IMG/VR virus record: IMGVR_UViG_3300021142_002226
Location: 96,001-160,000 of that record
DNA length: 64,000 nucleotides
Reading direction: 5' to 3' (one strand)
Source: a virus
In this document: one piece after another, positions 49,631-58,586 of the stretch
Position numbering within the stretch: the first letter of the stretch is position 1
How the letters are laid out: each line of letters starts with the position of its first letter
Notes under the pieces: model-generated
The model's database searches: none
Told to the model about the DNA's origin: nothing
The model's input: only the letters and a program-made list of their open reading frames with translations
Program-made: the position numbers and the translations under genes

Positions 49631-50092
49631 TTAGATTAATTTGGCATCGTGAACTGATAATGTTATTGCGTGTGTGGAAATATTATCAATATCATAAGCT
49701 AAGTCCGAAGATAAAATCATATCTAAGGAACATGTATATTCCCATTTTTCACGAGACATACCTGTAGGATCAAGCATATCCAAATAAACCACAAATTCAT
49801 TGTAATCTGGATTACCATTTTTTATATTATCCATGATTTTGTATAGTCTATGTGGTACTGAAAAATCTAATGGATCATATAATGTAACTCTCATGGTACT
49901 ATATTCTATAGTTTGACCAACCATTATATAAGGTCTTTCAACAGATTTTACAATCCATGGTTTTATATCAAAATATTCTGGGAATGTAAAATAGAATCTA
50001 TTATTCATTTTCGGTTCCCATGCCTTAGGCATTTCATCTAAATTAGATGTACCACTATTATGTTCTGGTACAATATCCTCATTAGTATTCAT
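49631..50092 (-). CDS. Tail-tube (gp19-like) protein
   Basis: EPKMNNRF...VKSVERP...MRVTLYDP...LDPTG...EKW...LAYD...ITL. Confidence 0.65.
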   Translation of the reverse strand: MNTNEDIVPEHNSGTSNLDEMPKAWEPKMNNRFYFTFPEYFDIKPWIVKSVERPYIMVGQTIEYSTMRVTLYDPLDFSVPHRLYKIMDNIKNGNPDYNEFVVYLDMLDPTGMSREKWEYTCSLDMILSSDLAYDIDNISTHAITLSVHDAKLI

Positions 50093-50138
50093 AATCTTTT
50101 TATTTTAAAAATAAAAAGATATCAACCAAAGTAAAGTA

Positions 50139-50300
50139 TTATCTCTGATTGTATAAATGATATAAAATAAAAAATTGAATACAAAGAACTATTAGACCTA
50201 TTAACGTTCTAACAAGTTCCATCCTATTTTTATATCTTCCAAGTTTTTGCTCAAAAGATTCCTTTTTGATTTCTATAAAATCTCCTGTAACTTCTTCCAT
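50139..50300 (-). CDS. 53-aa protein with a C-terminal hydrophobic helix (not in the ORF track)
   Basis: MEEVTG...MELVRTLIGLIVLCIQFFILYHLYNQR. Confidence 0.5.
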   Translation of the reverse strand: MEEVTGDFIEIKKESFEQKLGRYKNRMELVRTLIGLIVLCIQFFILYHLYNQR

Positions 50301-50301
50301 A

Positions 50302-50541
50302 TTAATATTGTACGTATTTGTTTAATAATTCTATTTGTTTTCTTTTTTGTGCAAAGTTTGGATTTTCATCCAAAAAAATACCCAATTCATCTTCCGATGC
50401 TTTTTCAGCTATTATATCATATTCATCATCGGATATACGATAATAACTTTTAATAACATTATCAAAAGCATCAAAAATACCTCCACGACATAAAAGTCCC
50501 ATATATGAAGGATCTAAATTTCTTCTATTAATTCTACTCAT
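50302..50541 (-). CDS. Hypothetical protein
   Basis: Part of a coupled minus-strand run. Confidence 0.5.
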   Translation of the reverse strand: MSRINRRNLDPSYMGLLCRGGIFDAFDNVIKSYYRISDDEYDIIAEKASEDELGIFLDENPNFAQKRKQIELLNKYVQY

Positions 50542-50764
50542 TTTTATAGATTATAATATGATTATATATGTTTAATATATCTAATGTTATTTCAAACGAA
50601 GGTTTACGGTTATCTTCATATCGATCCCAATTAATATTTAGTTTTAAAAATGTGATACCGTCTTTTAAAGACCTAATAGGTGCTAATAACTGATACTCAA
50701 AAAAGTATTTTCTACTTATAGCAAAATATCCGCAAAACCCAATAAATTTTTTACCAAACCTCAT
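50534..50764 (-). CDS. Hypothetical protein
   Basis: Part of a coupled minus-strand run. Confidence 0.45.
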   Translation of the reverse strand: MRFGKKFIGFCGYFAISRKYFFEYQLLAPIRSLKDGITFLKLNINWDRYEDNRKPSFEITLDILNIYNHIIIYKNE

Positions 50765-50773
50765 ATTGTTATA

Positions 50774-51037
50774 TTATTCAATATTAAAAGTTATATTACC
50801 ATCTTCTATTTTGGTTACCACACGTTTTTGATTCACTATCTCACATTCCTGTCCAGCACCGTTAACTAAAGCTTCCTTTGCCATTTGTTTAAATTCAAGT
50901 GCTATTGTATCTAACATCACTTCTAATAAACCCATCGCTCTCATGTCTGACAAATATTCATCAATAAATGTTTGCTGAAAAGTTAATTGTTTCATTTCTC
51001 CCTGTGGAGTTTCGATTTTTTTAATTTGTATTTTCAT
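50774..51037 (-). CDS. Hypothetical protein
   Basis: Part of a coupled minus-strand run. Confidence 0.5.
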   Translation of the reverse strand: MKIQIKKIETPQGEMKQLTFQQTFIDEYLSDMRAMGLLEVMLDTIALEFKQMAKEALVNGAGQECEIVNQKRVVTKIEDGNITFNIE

Positions 51038-51042
51038 AAAAT

Positions 51043-52251
51043 TTAATTTGATAATGGCGCTTTAATTGCTGGATGTGATTGATAATTTTCTACTCTGAAA
51101 TCATCAGGATCTAAATGACCAAATAACGATATGTGGTTTGATAAAGATTCAAAAAACGCTGGAGTTTTACCAGTTATTAATTTCGGTAATGGATATGGTT
51201 CTCTTGTATAATACGGTATTTTAAACGATTCGAAATACTCACTCATACCACCGCCAAACGGCATTAAATCTGAAACAGCATCTTTATACTTTTCTTCACC
51301 CATTGCTGTTTTCAACATTTCTGTTCTTTCTTCTATACTAATTTTTTTACCAATTTGTTCTTTCGCTTGTTCAATGTGATTCGAATAAAGATGAGTATCA
51401 CCCAAGTTTCCAATCAATTCATCAGGAACCATGTTAACCATTTTTGCAATTATTTCAAGTAATAAACCATATGAAGCAATGTTAAATGGTAAACCTAAAA
51501 ATGTATCCACGCTACGCTGATTCCACATTAATGAAATTGCTCTGGTTGGGATATTATATTTAATATAATCTTCTTCTGATATTGCAGTCATTTTTCTTTT
51601 CTTTGCCGCACATAAATCATATCTCTCATCATCATTTAACTCCCTTGTATAAAATTGGAAAAAGTTATGACATGGACGAAGTACCATCTGGTCGAGTTCT
51701 CCTACGTTCCATGCTGATACAATTATACCCCTATCATCTGGGTTTGTTTTAAGTTTATTAATTACTTCTGCAATTTGATCAATATTGCCATTCCAATTAC
51801 GCCACTGATGTCCATAGATAGAACCCAAATCACCCCACTTCTTAGCAAAATCATCATCAGTTTTGATTTGGTTGATGAATTCTACCATTGTCATTAATCT
51901 CATGCAATTCTGATTTGGGTCATCTATATGAATATTATAATCTGGCTCTTCCATAGAGCCTGCAATTTTGCAATAATTCTTATAAGCGTCACCGTTCCAT
52001 ATATGACAATCGTTTTCTAAGAGATACTCTATTGATGTATCACCTTTTAAAAACCACAATAGTTCGGTTACTACACTTTTAAAGTGAATTTTCTTTGTGG
52101 TGAGCAGTGGAAATTTTCCGTCTTTAAATTTGTACTTAATTTGTCTACCAAAAACACTTAACGTCCCTGTACCAGTCCTATCTTTTTTCTCCACGCCATT
52201 TTCTAAAATGTCTTTTAATAGAGCTTGATAATCTAAATCTAATTGATTCAT
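51043..52251 (-). CDS. thyA: Thymidylate synthase with insertions
   Basis: RTGTGT, PLLTTKK, IYGHQWR, SAWN, PCH, QRSVD, LPFNIASY, GDTHLY. Confidence 0.95.
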   Translation of the reverse strand: MNQLDLDYQALLKDILENGVEKKDRTGTGTLSVFGRQIKYKFKDGKFPLLTTKKIHFKSVVTELLWFLKGDTSIEYLLENDCHIWNGDAYKNYCKIAGSMEEPDYNIHIDDPNQNCMRLMTMVEFINQIKTDDDFAKKWGDLGSIYGHQWRNWNGNIDQIAEVINKLKTNPDDRGIIVSAWNVGELDQMVLRPCHNFFQFYTRELNDDERYDLCAAKKRKMTAISEEDYIKYNIPTRAISLMWNQRSVDTFLGLPFNIASYGLLLEIIAKMVNMVPDELIGNLGDTHLYSNHIEQAKEQIGKKISIEERTEMLKTAMGEEKYKDAVSDLMPFGGGMSEYFESFKIPYYTREPYPLPKLITGKTPAFFESLSNHISLFGHLDPDDFRVENYQSHPAIKAPLSN

Positions 52252-52472
52252 AATATTATAAATTTAAAATTAATTCCTTTATTTATTACAGATTCTCTTT
52301 TAATAATATTTTTTTCTTTTTCTTTATTAAATGTATATGTTATTATACATCCTTTATTTTTATTATATCTTTTTATAGTAAGAATACCTTCTGATATTCC
52401 TTGATATGTTCCTCTACCAAAAACCTTAATTATTTTCTTTTTCAGTTTACGAGGTAATTTATTTTTATTCAT
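52248..52472 (-). CDS. Basic hypothetical protein
   Basis: 74-aa ORF. Confidence 0.45.
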   Translation of the reverse strand: MNKNKLPRKLKKKIIKVFGRGTYQGISEGILTIKRYNKNKGCIITYTFNKEKEKNIIKRESVINKGINFKFIIL

Positions 52473-52475
52473 AAT

Positions 52476-52835
52476 TTAATATCTTTTTTCTTTCCATTCA
52501 TCATCTGCTTGATTCTCAAGTTTTGTAACTATTTCATATGCCATTTTTGCTGTTGGTATTTTAACATCGACATTATAAGCAATTATTCCTATAGAAACAA
52601 GTAATAATCTAAAAAGTCTTCGTGGTATTTCTAAAGTTTGTGGCGAATCATATGGAATATTTTGCGCCTCTGGATTATTGGATGTGAAGTATAATCCAAA
52701 AAAAAATGGTTTAATTATATTTGCTAATTCAATAAACCGTTCTTTAGAAACTCTTTCAAATTCTTTTCTTGATGCGGAATCTACCCATGTATGAACAGAA
52801 GCCCATTCTTCTTTTGTTAATGTTACCTTTATCAT
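52476..52835 (-). CDS. Hypothetical protein
   Basis: 119-aa coupled ORF. Confidence 0.5.
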   Translation of the reverse strand: MIKVTLTKEEWASVHTWVDSASRKEFERVSKERFIELANIIKPFFFGLYFTSNNPEAQNIPYDSPQTLEIPRRLFRLLLVSIGIIAYNVDVKIPTAKMAYEIVTKLENQADDEWKEKRY

Positions 52836-53143
52836 AATTTAATATATTCAATTTTCTTTATATCATTCGGTGGTATATAATCTGTAACAAATTCAAAATC
52901 TGATTTAATTGGAATACCAGTTGATGTATAAATGTGAGGCTCAACATTATGTGTGTCAATATATATTATAGCAATTTCTTTCCAATGATTTCTACCTAAT
53001 TGGGTATCTATTATTTTCCATATGTCATTAGTTAAAAATACTTTTTTATATTTTATACTACCAATTCCTTTTTTATAATCTGGTTTTAATCCTTCAATTA
53101 AAATATTGGATATATTTTCAGGTTTAGTGATATGATATAACAT
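52832..53143 (-). CDS. ADP-ribosyltransferase-fold protein (Tpt1/KptA C-domain or DUF952-like)
   Basis: LYHIT..NI..IL.EGLKP...VFLT...EFVTDYIPP..I. Confidence 0.65.
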   Translation of the reverse strand: MLYHITKPENISNILIEGLKPDYKKGIGSIKYKKVFLTNDIWKIIDTQLGRNHWKEIAIIYIDTHNVEPHIYTSTGIPIKSDFEFVTDYIPPNDIKKIEYIKL

Positions 53144-53157
53144 TTATTTATATTTTA

Positions 53158-53406
53158 TTATTGAGATGATAAAGTACCTAATTTTTTATATTTGTATTTT
53201 GGCATCTTTTTATCTTTAACAAATGATAGCGCCCAACAATCTTTGGTTGTCCAATACCCTTGAGATTTACAAAAGGTTTTTGCTTCTTCTTCTGATTTGG
53301 TATAAGAGTGATATTCATACCCAAAGGCATCACGATTTTCCAATGGGTCGATCCAAGCTTTTAAAATTAAGAAAATATCTTCAGTATTATCTAATTTTTT
53401 ATTCAT
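53158..53406 (-). CDS. Hypothetical protein
   Basis: 82-aa ORF. Confidence 0.5.
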   Translation of the reverse strand: MNKKLDNTEDIFLILKAWIDPLENRDAFGYEYHSYTKSEEEAKTFCKSQGYWTTKDCWALSFVKDKKMPKYKYKKLGTLSSQ

Positions 53407-53408
53407 AA

Positions 53409-53612
53409 TTAAAAGTATATTTTATCTATGTAATAGTTATCATTGTTATATCCATATTTTTCTCTGGCTTCTTGAGCTTCTTGTTCAGATTTGTATGGTG
53501 CAAGTATTACATTATTTATCGCACTACCATGTGCTGGTACCTTTTCATACACAGCATATTGTGGATAATTTTCCTGAATAAATGCTTTATAACTTGAATT
53601 AACATTGTTCAT
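53409..53612 (-). CDS. Hypothetical protein
   Basis: 67-aa ORF, first gene after a host-type promoter. Confidence 0.5.
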   Translation of the reverse strand: MNNVNSSYKAFIQENYPQYAVYEKVPAHGSAINNVILAPYKSEQEAQEAREKYGYNNDNYYIDKIYF

Positions 53613-53616
53613 AGAA

Positions 53617-53648
53617 CAAATATACGAAATAATTTTGAATAAAACAAA
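53617..53648 (-). promoter_or_regulatory. Bacteroidetes-type promoter
   Basis: Minus strand TTTG(53648-45)-N20-TATATTTG(53624-17). Confidence 0.65.
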
Positions 53649-53923
53649 TTAAATTCCGTAATTAGCTCTTTGAGCATTAAAGTTTTGTGAAATTTCTGTG
53701 GCAGATAAGCCTCTGTTATACATTTGTATTGCACCCATGTAACCTTGATATAGCGCACCACTTCCACTATATCTACCTAATATACCAAACTTGGGTCAAC
53801 ACCTGACCAATAATCTGTAGTAACAGTTGGGCCATAAGCAATAGTATCGGTACCCAATAAAACATTACCTTTTTTTATTGTACCTGTTAAAGAAGTTGCT
53901 GAATATTTTACTGCATTACCCAT
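53649..53923 (-). pseudogene. Internally deleted, frameshifted paralog of the neighbouring LamG gene
   Basis: Frame 1: MGNAVKYSATS...GPTVTTDYWSGVDP. Frame 2: ...MYNRGLSATEISQNFNAQRANYGI*. These match the two ends of 53941-54966. Confidence 0.8.
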
Positions 53924-53940
53924 GTTAATAAATATTAACT

Positions 53941-54966
53941 TTATATACCAAATCTCGACCTCTGAGCATTGAAATTTTGACTTATTTCTGTTGATGATAA
54001 TATTCTGTTATATACCTGACATATTGCTATTCTACCAGGAAAAAAATTGGATGTGCCACCACCAGGGCCTCCAAGTCTTATCAAACCAATACCCAAACTA
54101 ACACCAGTTGAAGATTGCTCAACAATTGCTGAATTTGATTGGGTTGTTGTGGTCGACCCATTAAGATAAAATATGGCTGTTTTGGTACTTGTATTCCATG
54201 TTACACAAACATAATTCCAAGTATTTAACGTTAATGCTGTACCTGTATCAACTAAATCTTTATTAGCGTGAGGCCAGAACTGTAATTTATTACTACTGTT
54301 TAACCAAAAACCCCATCCCCCATAAGCTGATGATCCTCCGCTACCTGTATTATCATATTCTTTATCAATAATTCCAGCAACACCACTTGGTGATGATGTG
54401 GGATATATCCATGCACACGCTGTTTTATTGGCAACATCCACACCAAGATTATTTGAACCAAAATTTATATAACTTGAAGCACCATCAAAAGATAAATAAC
54501 CACCATTACCAGAGTTCCAAGTTGGTGAATTTGTTAAAGTACCAGAAATATTACCTCCAGAAATATCCCACCAAGAATTACCATTTTGAGGATATGATTG
54601 TATAAAACCTGAATCAATGTTAAAAACAAGTCCGCTTGTTACAATATTTTCATATAATCTATTTGTCACAAGGATATTTGATTGCGTTTCAAAATAATTT
54701 AACGCACCATTAAATGTTGTTATCCCAGAGCCACCAAGTTGGTTGGCCAAAGTTACAATTTGAGTTGAATCTACATAATATATTCTTGGGGCACCAGAAG
54801 TCCCAACAAAATAATAAATACAATAATTTGAACCTGGATTAACCGCAGTCCAAAAATCTGTTGTACTTGTTGGCCCATACTGAACTTGATTTGCACCAAT
54901 TGCAACATTATTAGCTCTTAATGCATTCGAGGGTGTTGTTGTTGAATATTTTATACCATTATCCAT
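53941..54966 (-). CDS. LamG/concanavalin-A-like virion protein
   Basis: SYPQNGNSWWDISG, FDGASSY, WIYP, WNYVCVTW, YLNG, VYNRILSSTEISQNF. Confidence 0.85.
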   Translation of the reverse strand: MDNGIKYSTTTPSNALRANNVAIGANQVQYGPTSTTDFWTAVNPGSNYCIYYFVGTSGAPRIYYVDSTQIVTLANQLGGSGITTFNGALNYFETQSNILVTNRLYENIVTSGLVFNIDSGFIQSYPQNGNSWWDISGGNISGTLTNSPTWNSGNGGYLSFDGASSYINFGSNNLGVDVANKTACAWIYPTSSPSGVAGIIDKEYDNTGSGGSSAYGGWGFWLNSSNKLQFWPHANKDLVDTGTALTLNTWNYVCVTWNTSTKTAIFYLNGSTTTTQSNSAIVEQSSTGVSLGIGLIRLGGPGGGTSNFFPGRIAICQVYNRILSSTEISQNFNAQRSRFGI

Positions 54967-55005
54967 AAATTATCTTTATCTTATGAATAAATATCCATGA
55001 AATTA

Positions 55006-55251
55006 TTAAATTACAGCATTCCAAACTGAGGTACCTAATATAGGTAAAATTTCATCATATGTATATACGCCAACTATTGTTGTCATATCAGATAAAAATC
55101 CTGGAACATCACCATCATACTTCATCAAAACCAAAGTTCCATCAAGTGATTTTCTTATAGTTTCATGACTGTCCTCAAGAATTTGATTGAAATCAATCTT
55201 ATCAAGCTCAGAAGCTGAAAATATTACGAAATTTCTATTACTATAATCCAT
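55006..55251 (-). CDS. Small virion-associated protein
   Basis: 81-aa ORF upstream of the LamG gene. Confidence 0.55.
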   Translation of the reverse strand: MDYSNRNFVIFSASELDKIDFNQILEDSHETIRKSLDGTLVLMKYDGDVPGFLSDMTTIVGVYTYDEILPILGTSVWNAVI

Positions 55252-55268
55252 ATGTATAAATATCCGTA

Positions 55269-55442
55269 TTATTGGGTTAATTTATCCAATTCGGATGACA
55301 AATCCCTCAATTCCTTTTCAATTTTTGCTTTTTCCAATAAAAGACGATTAAGTTCCTCTTTATCATGTTTACTCAAACCGTCCTCATGTTCAAGGATATT
55401 ATCAATCTGTTGGGTAATTTTTTTTAAAATATCTTTAATCAT
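55269..55442 (-). CDS. 57-aa coiled-coil protein (not in the ORF track)
   Basis: MIKDILKKITQQIDNILE...ELDKLTQ; abuts the upstream stop. Confidence 0.5.
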   Translation of the reverse strand: MIKDILKKITQQIDNILEHEDGLSKHDKEELNRLLLEKAKIEKELRDLSSELDKLTQ

Positions 55443-55443
55443 A

Positions 55444-55923
55444 TTAAATATTATTTAATGTTTTGATTATTTTATTTTTGATACCATCTTGTTTTATACC
55501 GTCATTATCTTTCGAACAAATTACAAAATGGTCGGTTAACCATGTCTTCATATCAAGGTCGTCAATTGCTACCCATGGTTCATTAATATTATGCACATTT
55601 AACCACTGATTGATTTCTTGTGCACGATTAAATTCGAGGGTAGTTGCAACACTATTATTGAATGTACCTGTGAAACCTATCGGTTGTTTAATCACACCTT
55701 GCCAAGAGTACATTTCCCTCATCATAGGTAAAGATAAATCGTATTTCCAATCAGAAGATACAACTATTTCAGCATCAGGTACTTCTATTAAAATTTCATT
55801 TAATATTTGTACACAACCCTTATCAAAATAATCAACATCATATTTGTTTGGTCTTTTCGCTCTTGAACCCCATTGCGGTTGAAGACACATCACGCCATCA
55901 TGATCAAGAAATATTAGTTTCAT
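55444..55923 (-). CDS. HAD-domain protein (HAD_SAK_2, RNA-repair-associated type)
   Basis: IFLDHDGV, IVVSSDW, EI..WL, VAIDD, DGI. Confidence 0.75.
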   Translation of the reverse strand: MKLIFLDHDGVMCLQPQWGSRAKRPNKYDVDYFDKGCVQILNEILIEVPDAEIVVSSDWKYDLSLPMMREMYSWQGVIKQPIGFTGTFNNSVATTLEFNRAQEINQWLNVHNINEPWVAIDDLDMKTWLTDHFVICSKDNDGIKQDGIKNKIIKTLNNI

Positions 55924-56159
55924 TTTTTTCTAAATGTAAATTTTTTATTTATATTTTTGTTAAAGTGTTTACCCTGGCTTTCTGCCATGTCAAACTCCGT
56001 AAATGTTTTATGGTCTACATTATCATATTCATAAGTTGAACCATTACTAAACGTAATTTCGAGTAATTTAGACTCAATATCATATTGAGCTTTATGAATA
56101 TTTGAAGAGTCATATTCACATAAGATTTTAGTACCTAAGATAGCTTTTGATTTATTCAT
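55920..56159 (-). CDS. KTSC-domain protein
   Basis: SSNI..AQYD....LEITF.NG.TYEY..V...F..AESQGKHFN.NI. Confidence 0.9.
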   Translation of the reverse strand: MNKSKAILGTKILCEYDSSNIHKAQYDIESKLLEITFSNGSTYEYDNVDHKTFTEFDMAESQGKHFNKNINKKFTFRKK

Positions 56160-56230
56160 AACAATATTTATTTTATATTATTACAAATATACTAAAAAAA
56201 GCGGATAAAAACAATTTTTGATAAAAACAT

Positions 56231-56261
56231 TTTGTTGTTTCGGAAATTATTATTACATTTG
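56231..56261 (+). promoter_or_regulatory. Bacteroidetes-type promoter for the clpC N-half
   Basis: TTTG(56231)-N19-TACATTTG(56254-61). Confidence 0.7.
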
Positions 56262-56279
56262 TATAAAATCAAATTATAG

Positions 56280-57056
56280 ATGCAAGAAAAAATGAGCAAC
56301 GAGCTGAGGATAGCTTTTCAAAAGGGTTATAAATCAGCAATAATTTTAAATGATAGTCTAATTAGAATTGAACACGTTCTGTACGGTATACTCACTACAA
56401 ACAATATCATCAGTGAAATAATTAGTAAAAAACTTGAGGATTTTGATGTTTTCATAAATGACATTGAAGATCATAACAGAAGTATATCGGAAGATATTGA
56501 CCCAGAATTAAGGACAGAAAAAGTTCTTAATTTCGAAGATTCTCTTAAGGTATTGGTAAAAAAATGTGCCCAAAAATCTAATGATGCAATTACAGTCAAC
56601 ACATTTTTTATGAGTTGTTTTGATCTCGATAATCAAATCATCAAAATAATGAACGAATACGGTATAACAAAATCATTTATGCAAAGAAGACTTAAACAAC
56701 TAACACCAACTGCCTCTACATTCCCACTCGATGAAAACTTCGAAAAGAGATATGATGGCAATAATTCAAATAGACAAAAATCTAAAACCCCAGTTTTGGA
56801 TAACTTCAGTCGTGATTTAACCATTCTTGCAACTGAGGGTAAACTCGATCCTGTAATTGGTAGAGAAGCTGAAGTTGAACGTGTTGCCCAAATCCTCACC
56901 AGACGCAAAAAGAACAACCCAGTTCTTATTGGTGATCCAGGTGTTGGTAAATGCTATATTAAAGAAACTAATATATGTTTACGAAATGACCTAACTGGTG
57001 AAATTTTTAGTATATCAGTCAATGATTTTTTAACATCGCTTACCGATGCCAAGTAA
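56280..57056 (+). CDS. clpC: ClpC-type AAA+ ATPase N-fragment plus split-intein IntN
   Basis: Clp-N (EHVLYGIL), [39 protein letters not shown]|CYIKET... Confidence 0.93.
   Translation: MQEKMSNELRIAFQKGYKSAIILNDSLIRIEHVLYGILTTNNIISEIISKKLEDFDVFINDIEDHNRSISEDIDPELRTEKVLNFEDSLKVLVKKCAQKSNDAITVNTFFMSCFDLDNQIIKIMNEYGITKSFMQRRLKQLTPTASTFPLDENFEKRYDGNNSNRQKSKTPVLDNFSRDLTILATEGKLDPVIGREAEVERVAQILTRRKKNNPVLIGDPGVGKCYIKETNICLRNDLTGEIFSISVNDFLTSLTDAK
56952..57053 (+). mobile_element. Split intein N-fragment (34 aa) of ClpC
   Basis: [26 protein letters not shown], then a stop. Confidence 0.88.
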
Positions 57057-57111
57057 TCTTTTTTTTAAATAATTGATTTACTTTCTTAATTTTTATACTA
57101 TTTATTGTGGT

Positions 57112-58566
57112 ATGAGAATTGTAACAAAAAAAGAAAGTTTTGATTTTAAAGAATATTTTAAAACTGTTAATGATTTAAAAACATTTATCAAAGAAAATAA
57201 TGAATTTGTAAATGTTGAAGGTATTGGTGAAAAGATAGGTAAATTATATGATGATTTATCCGAATTAGATATTTCTTTAAAATCATCGGTTTTACCTGAA
57301 AGATTAATTTATTATCTTGGTTTTAAGAATAGGTCAGCATTTAAGTTGGATTTTTGGTTGGAGCGTGGTAATACTATAACCGAATTTAATACTTGGTTAT
57401 TAAAAAGGAGAAATATTGAACCAGTTAAATCTTTGGAATGTGGTAACGTAAATAAATTCGAATACGGTGAGTTTAAATTTACGTTTGATGGTAGACCAGT
57501 TTGTAATTTATGTAAATCCGATTTAACATTTGATGTTTTAACCGATAGGTATGTGATAAAAAATTGTCAAAATGATGGTTGTCCAACACACAAAAATCAA
57601 GATCAATACTTCATAAGGCAACTGGCTTATTTGCCTATTGATATTTTTAAAAATAAAAATAAGAGAACTAACATAGAATCGAGGATTCATCCTTATTTTT
57701 GGTTGTTGTCTGGTTTAACTTATGATGAGTCGTTGAAAAAATGTGAAGAGATAAAAACCACACTTAAAAATAAAATAAAGGGGTCAGATGAATATTATAA
57801 GATTTTATTTGGTTTGACTGATGAAATGGCTTTAGATAGGGCTTTAGCACCAACTCAAATTAGGTTTTGGGTTAATAGGGGTTTTTCGGAGGAGGATGCT
57901 AAGATCAAAGTGTCTGAAAACCAAAAGAATGCGGCTAAATCTGTTGATTTTGAGAAACGGTTATTACCATCAAATATTGAGTATTGGATTAAAAGGGGTT
58001 TAACGGAAGATGACGCTAAGGTTGAAGTATCTAATCATCAGAGGACGTTTACACTTCAAAAATGTATTGATAAACATGGTGAAGGAACTGGTAACCTTAT
58101 CTATACTAAACGACAAGTTAAGTGGCAAACTTCATTAATTGAAAATGGGAATTTAAAATGTGGGTTTTCAAGAATATCACAAGAATTATTTTATCGACTA
58201 TTAGACGAATATTCATTTAAAGAAAAAATTGACGTTTTTTTTGCTACAAAAAATAAAGAATATTTTATATCTTTAAAGGGTGGTGAATTTTATCAATATG
58301 ATTTTGTTGATAGGAATAAAATGAAAATTATCGAATTTAACGGTGACTGTTATCATGCAAACCCAATTAAATATAATGAAAATGATAAGCCCAATCCGTT
58401 TAGACAAAACCTAACAGCATCAGATATATGGGCTAAAGATAAAAGAAAAACGGAAGTTGCTATTGAAAACGGTTTTCAGCTCTTAACAATATGGGAATCG
58501 GAGTATAAAAAGAATAAAGAGTTAACAATAAAAAAATGTTTGGATTTTTTGGAAATCCGAGAATAA
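57112..58566 (+). CDS. Free-standing homing endonuclease (Vsr-like C-terminus) between the clpC halves
   Basis: Start reassigned to ATG 57112, behind TATTTAT at 57099; FSRISQELF...YDF...IIEFNGDCYH...D..K...TIWESE; W..RG.sEE repeats. Confidence 0.8.
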   Translation: MRIVTKKESFDFKEYFKTVNDLKTFIKENNEFVNVEGIGEKIGKLYDDLSELDISLKSSVLPERLIYYLGFKNRSAFKLDFWLERGNTITEFNTWLLKRRNIEPVKSLECGNVNKFEYGEFKFTFDGRPVCNLCKSDLTFDVLTDRYVIKNCQNDGCPTHKNQDQYFIRQLAYLPIDIFKNKNKRTNIESRIHPYFWLLSGLTYDESLKKCEEIKTTLKNKIKGSDEYYKILFGLTDEMALDRALAPTQIRFWVNRGFSEEDAKIKVSENQKNAAKSVDFEKRLLPSNIEYWIKRGLTEDDAKVEVSNHQRTFTLQKCIDKHGEGTGNLIYTKRQVKWQTSLIENGNLKCGFSRISQELFYRLLDEYSFKEKIDVFFATKNKEYFISLKGGEFYQYDFVDRNKMKIIEFNGDCYHANPIKYNENDKPNPFRQNLTASDIWAKDKRKTEVAIENGFQLLTIWESEYKKNKELTIKKCLDFLEIRE

Positions 58567-58579
58567 ATAACTAAATTTG
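58548..58579 (+). promoter_or_regulatory. Bacteroidetes-type promoter for the clpC C-half
   Basis: TTTG(58548)-N20-TAAATTTG(58572-79). Confidence 0.6.
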
Positions 58580-58586
58580 CAAAAAA

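Noticed and set aside
50139-50300. Small transmembrane ORF as a holin
   Set aside because: It has a single C-terminal helix, lies far from the SLT gene, and shows no holin-like charge pattern; the evidence is insufficient.
51043-52251. Oversized ThyA as a dCMP hydroxymethylase feeding DNA glycosylation
   Set aside because: It keeps the dUMP-specifying Asn (LPFNIASY) and all ThyA motifs; the extra length is loop insertions. DNA hypermodification is not supported within this window.
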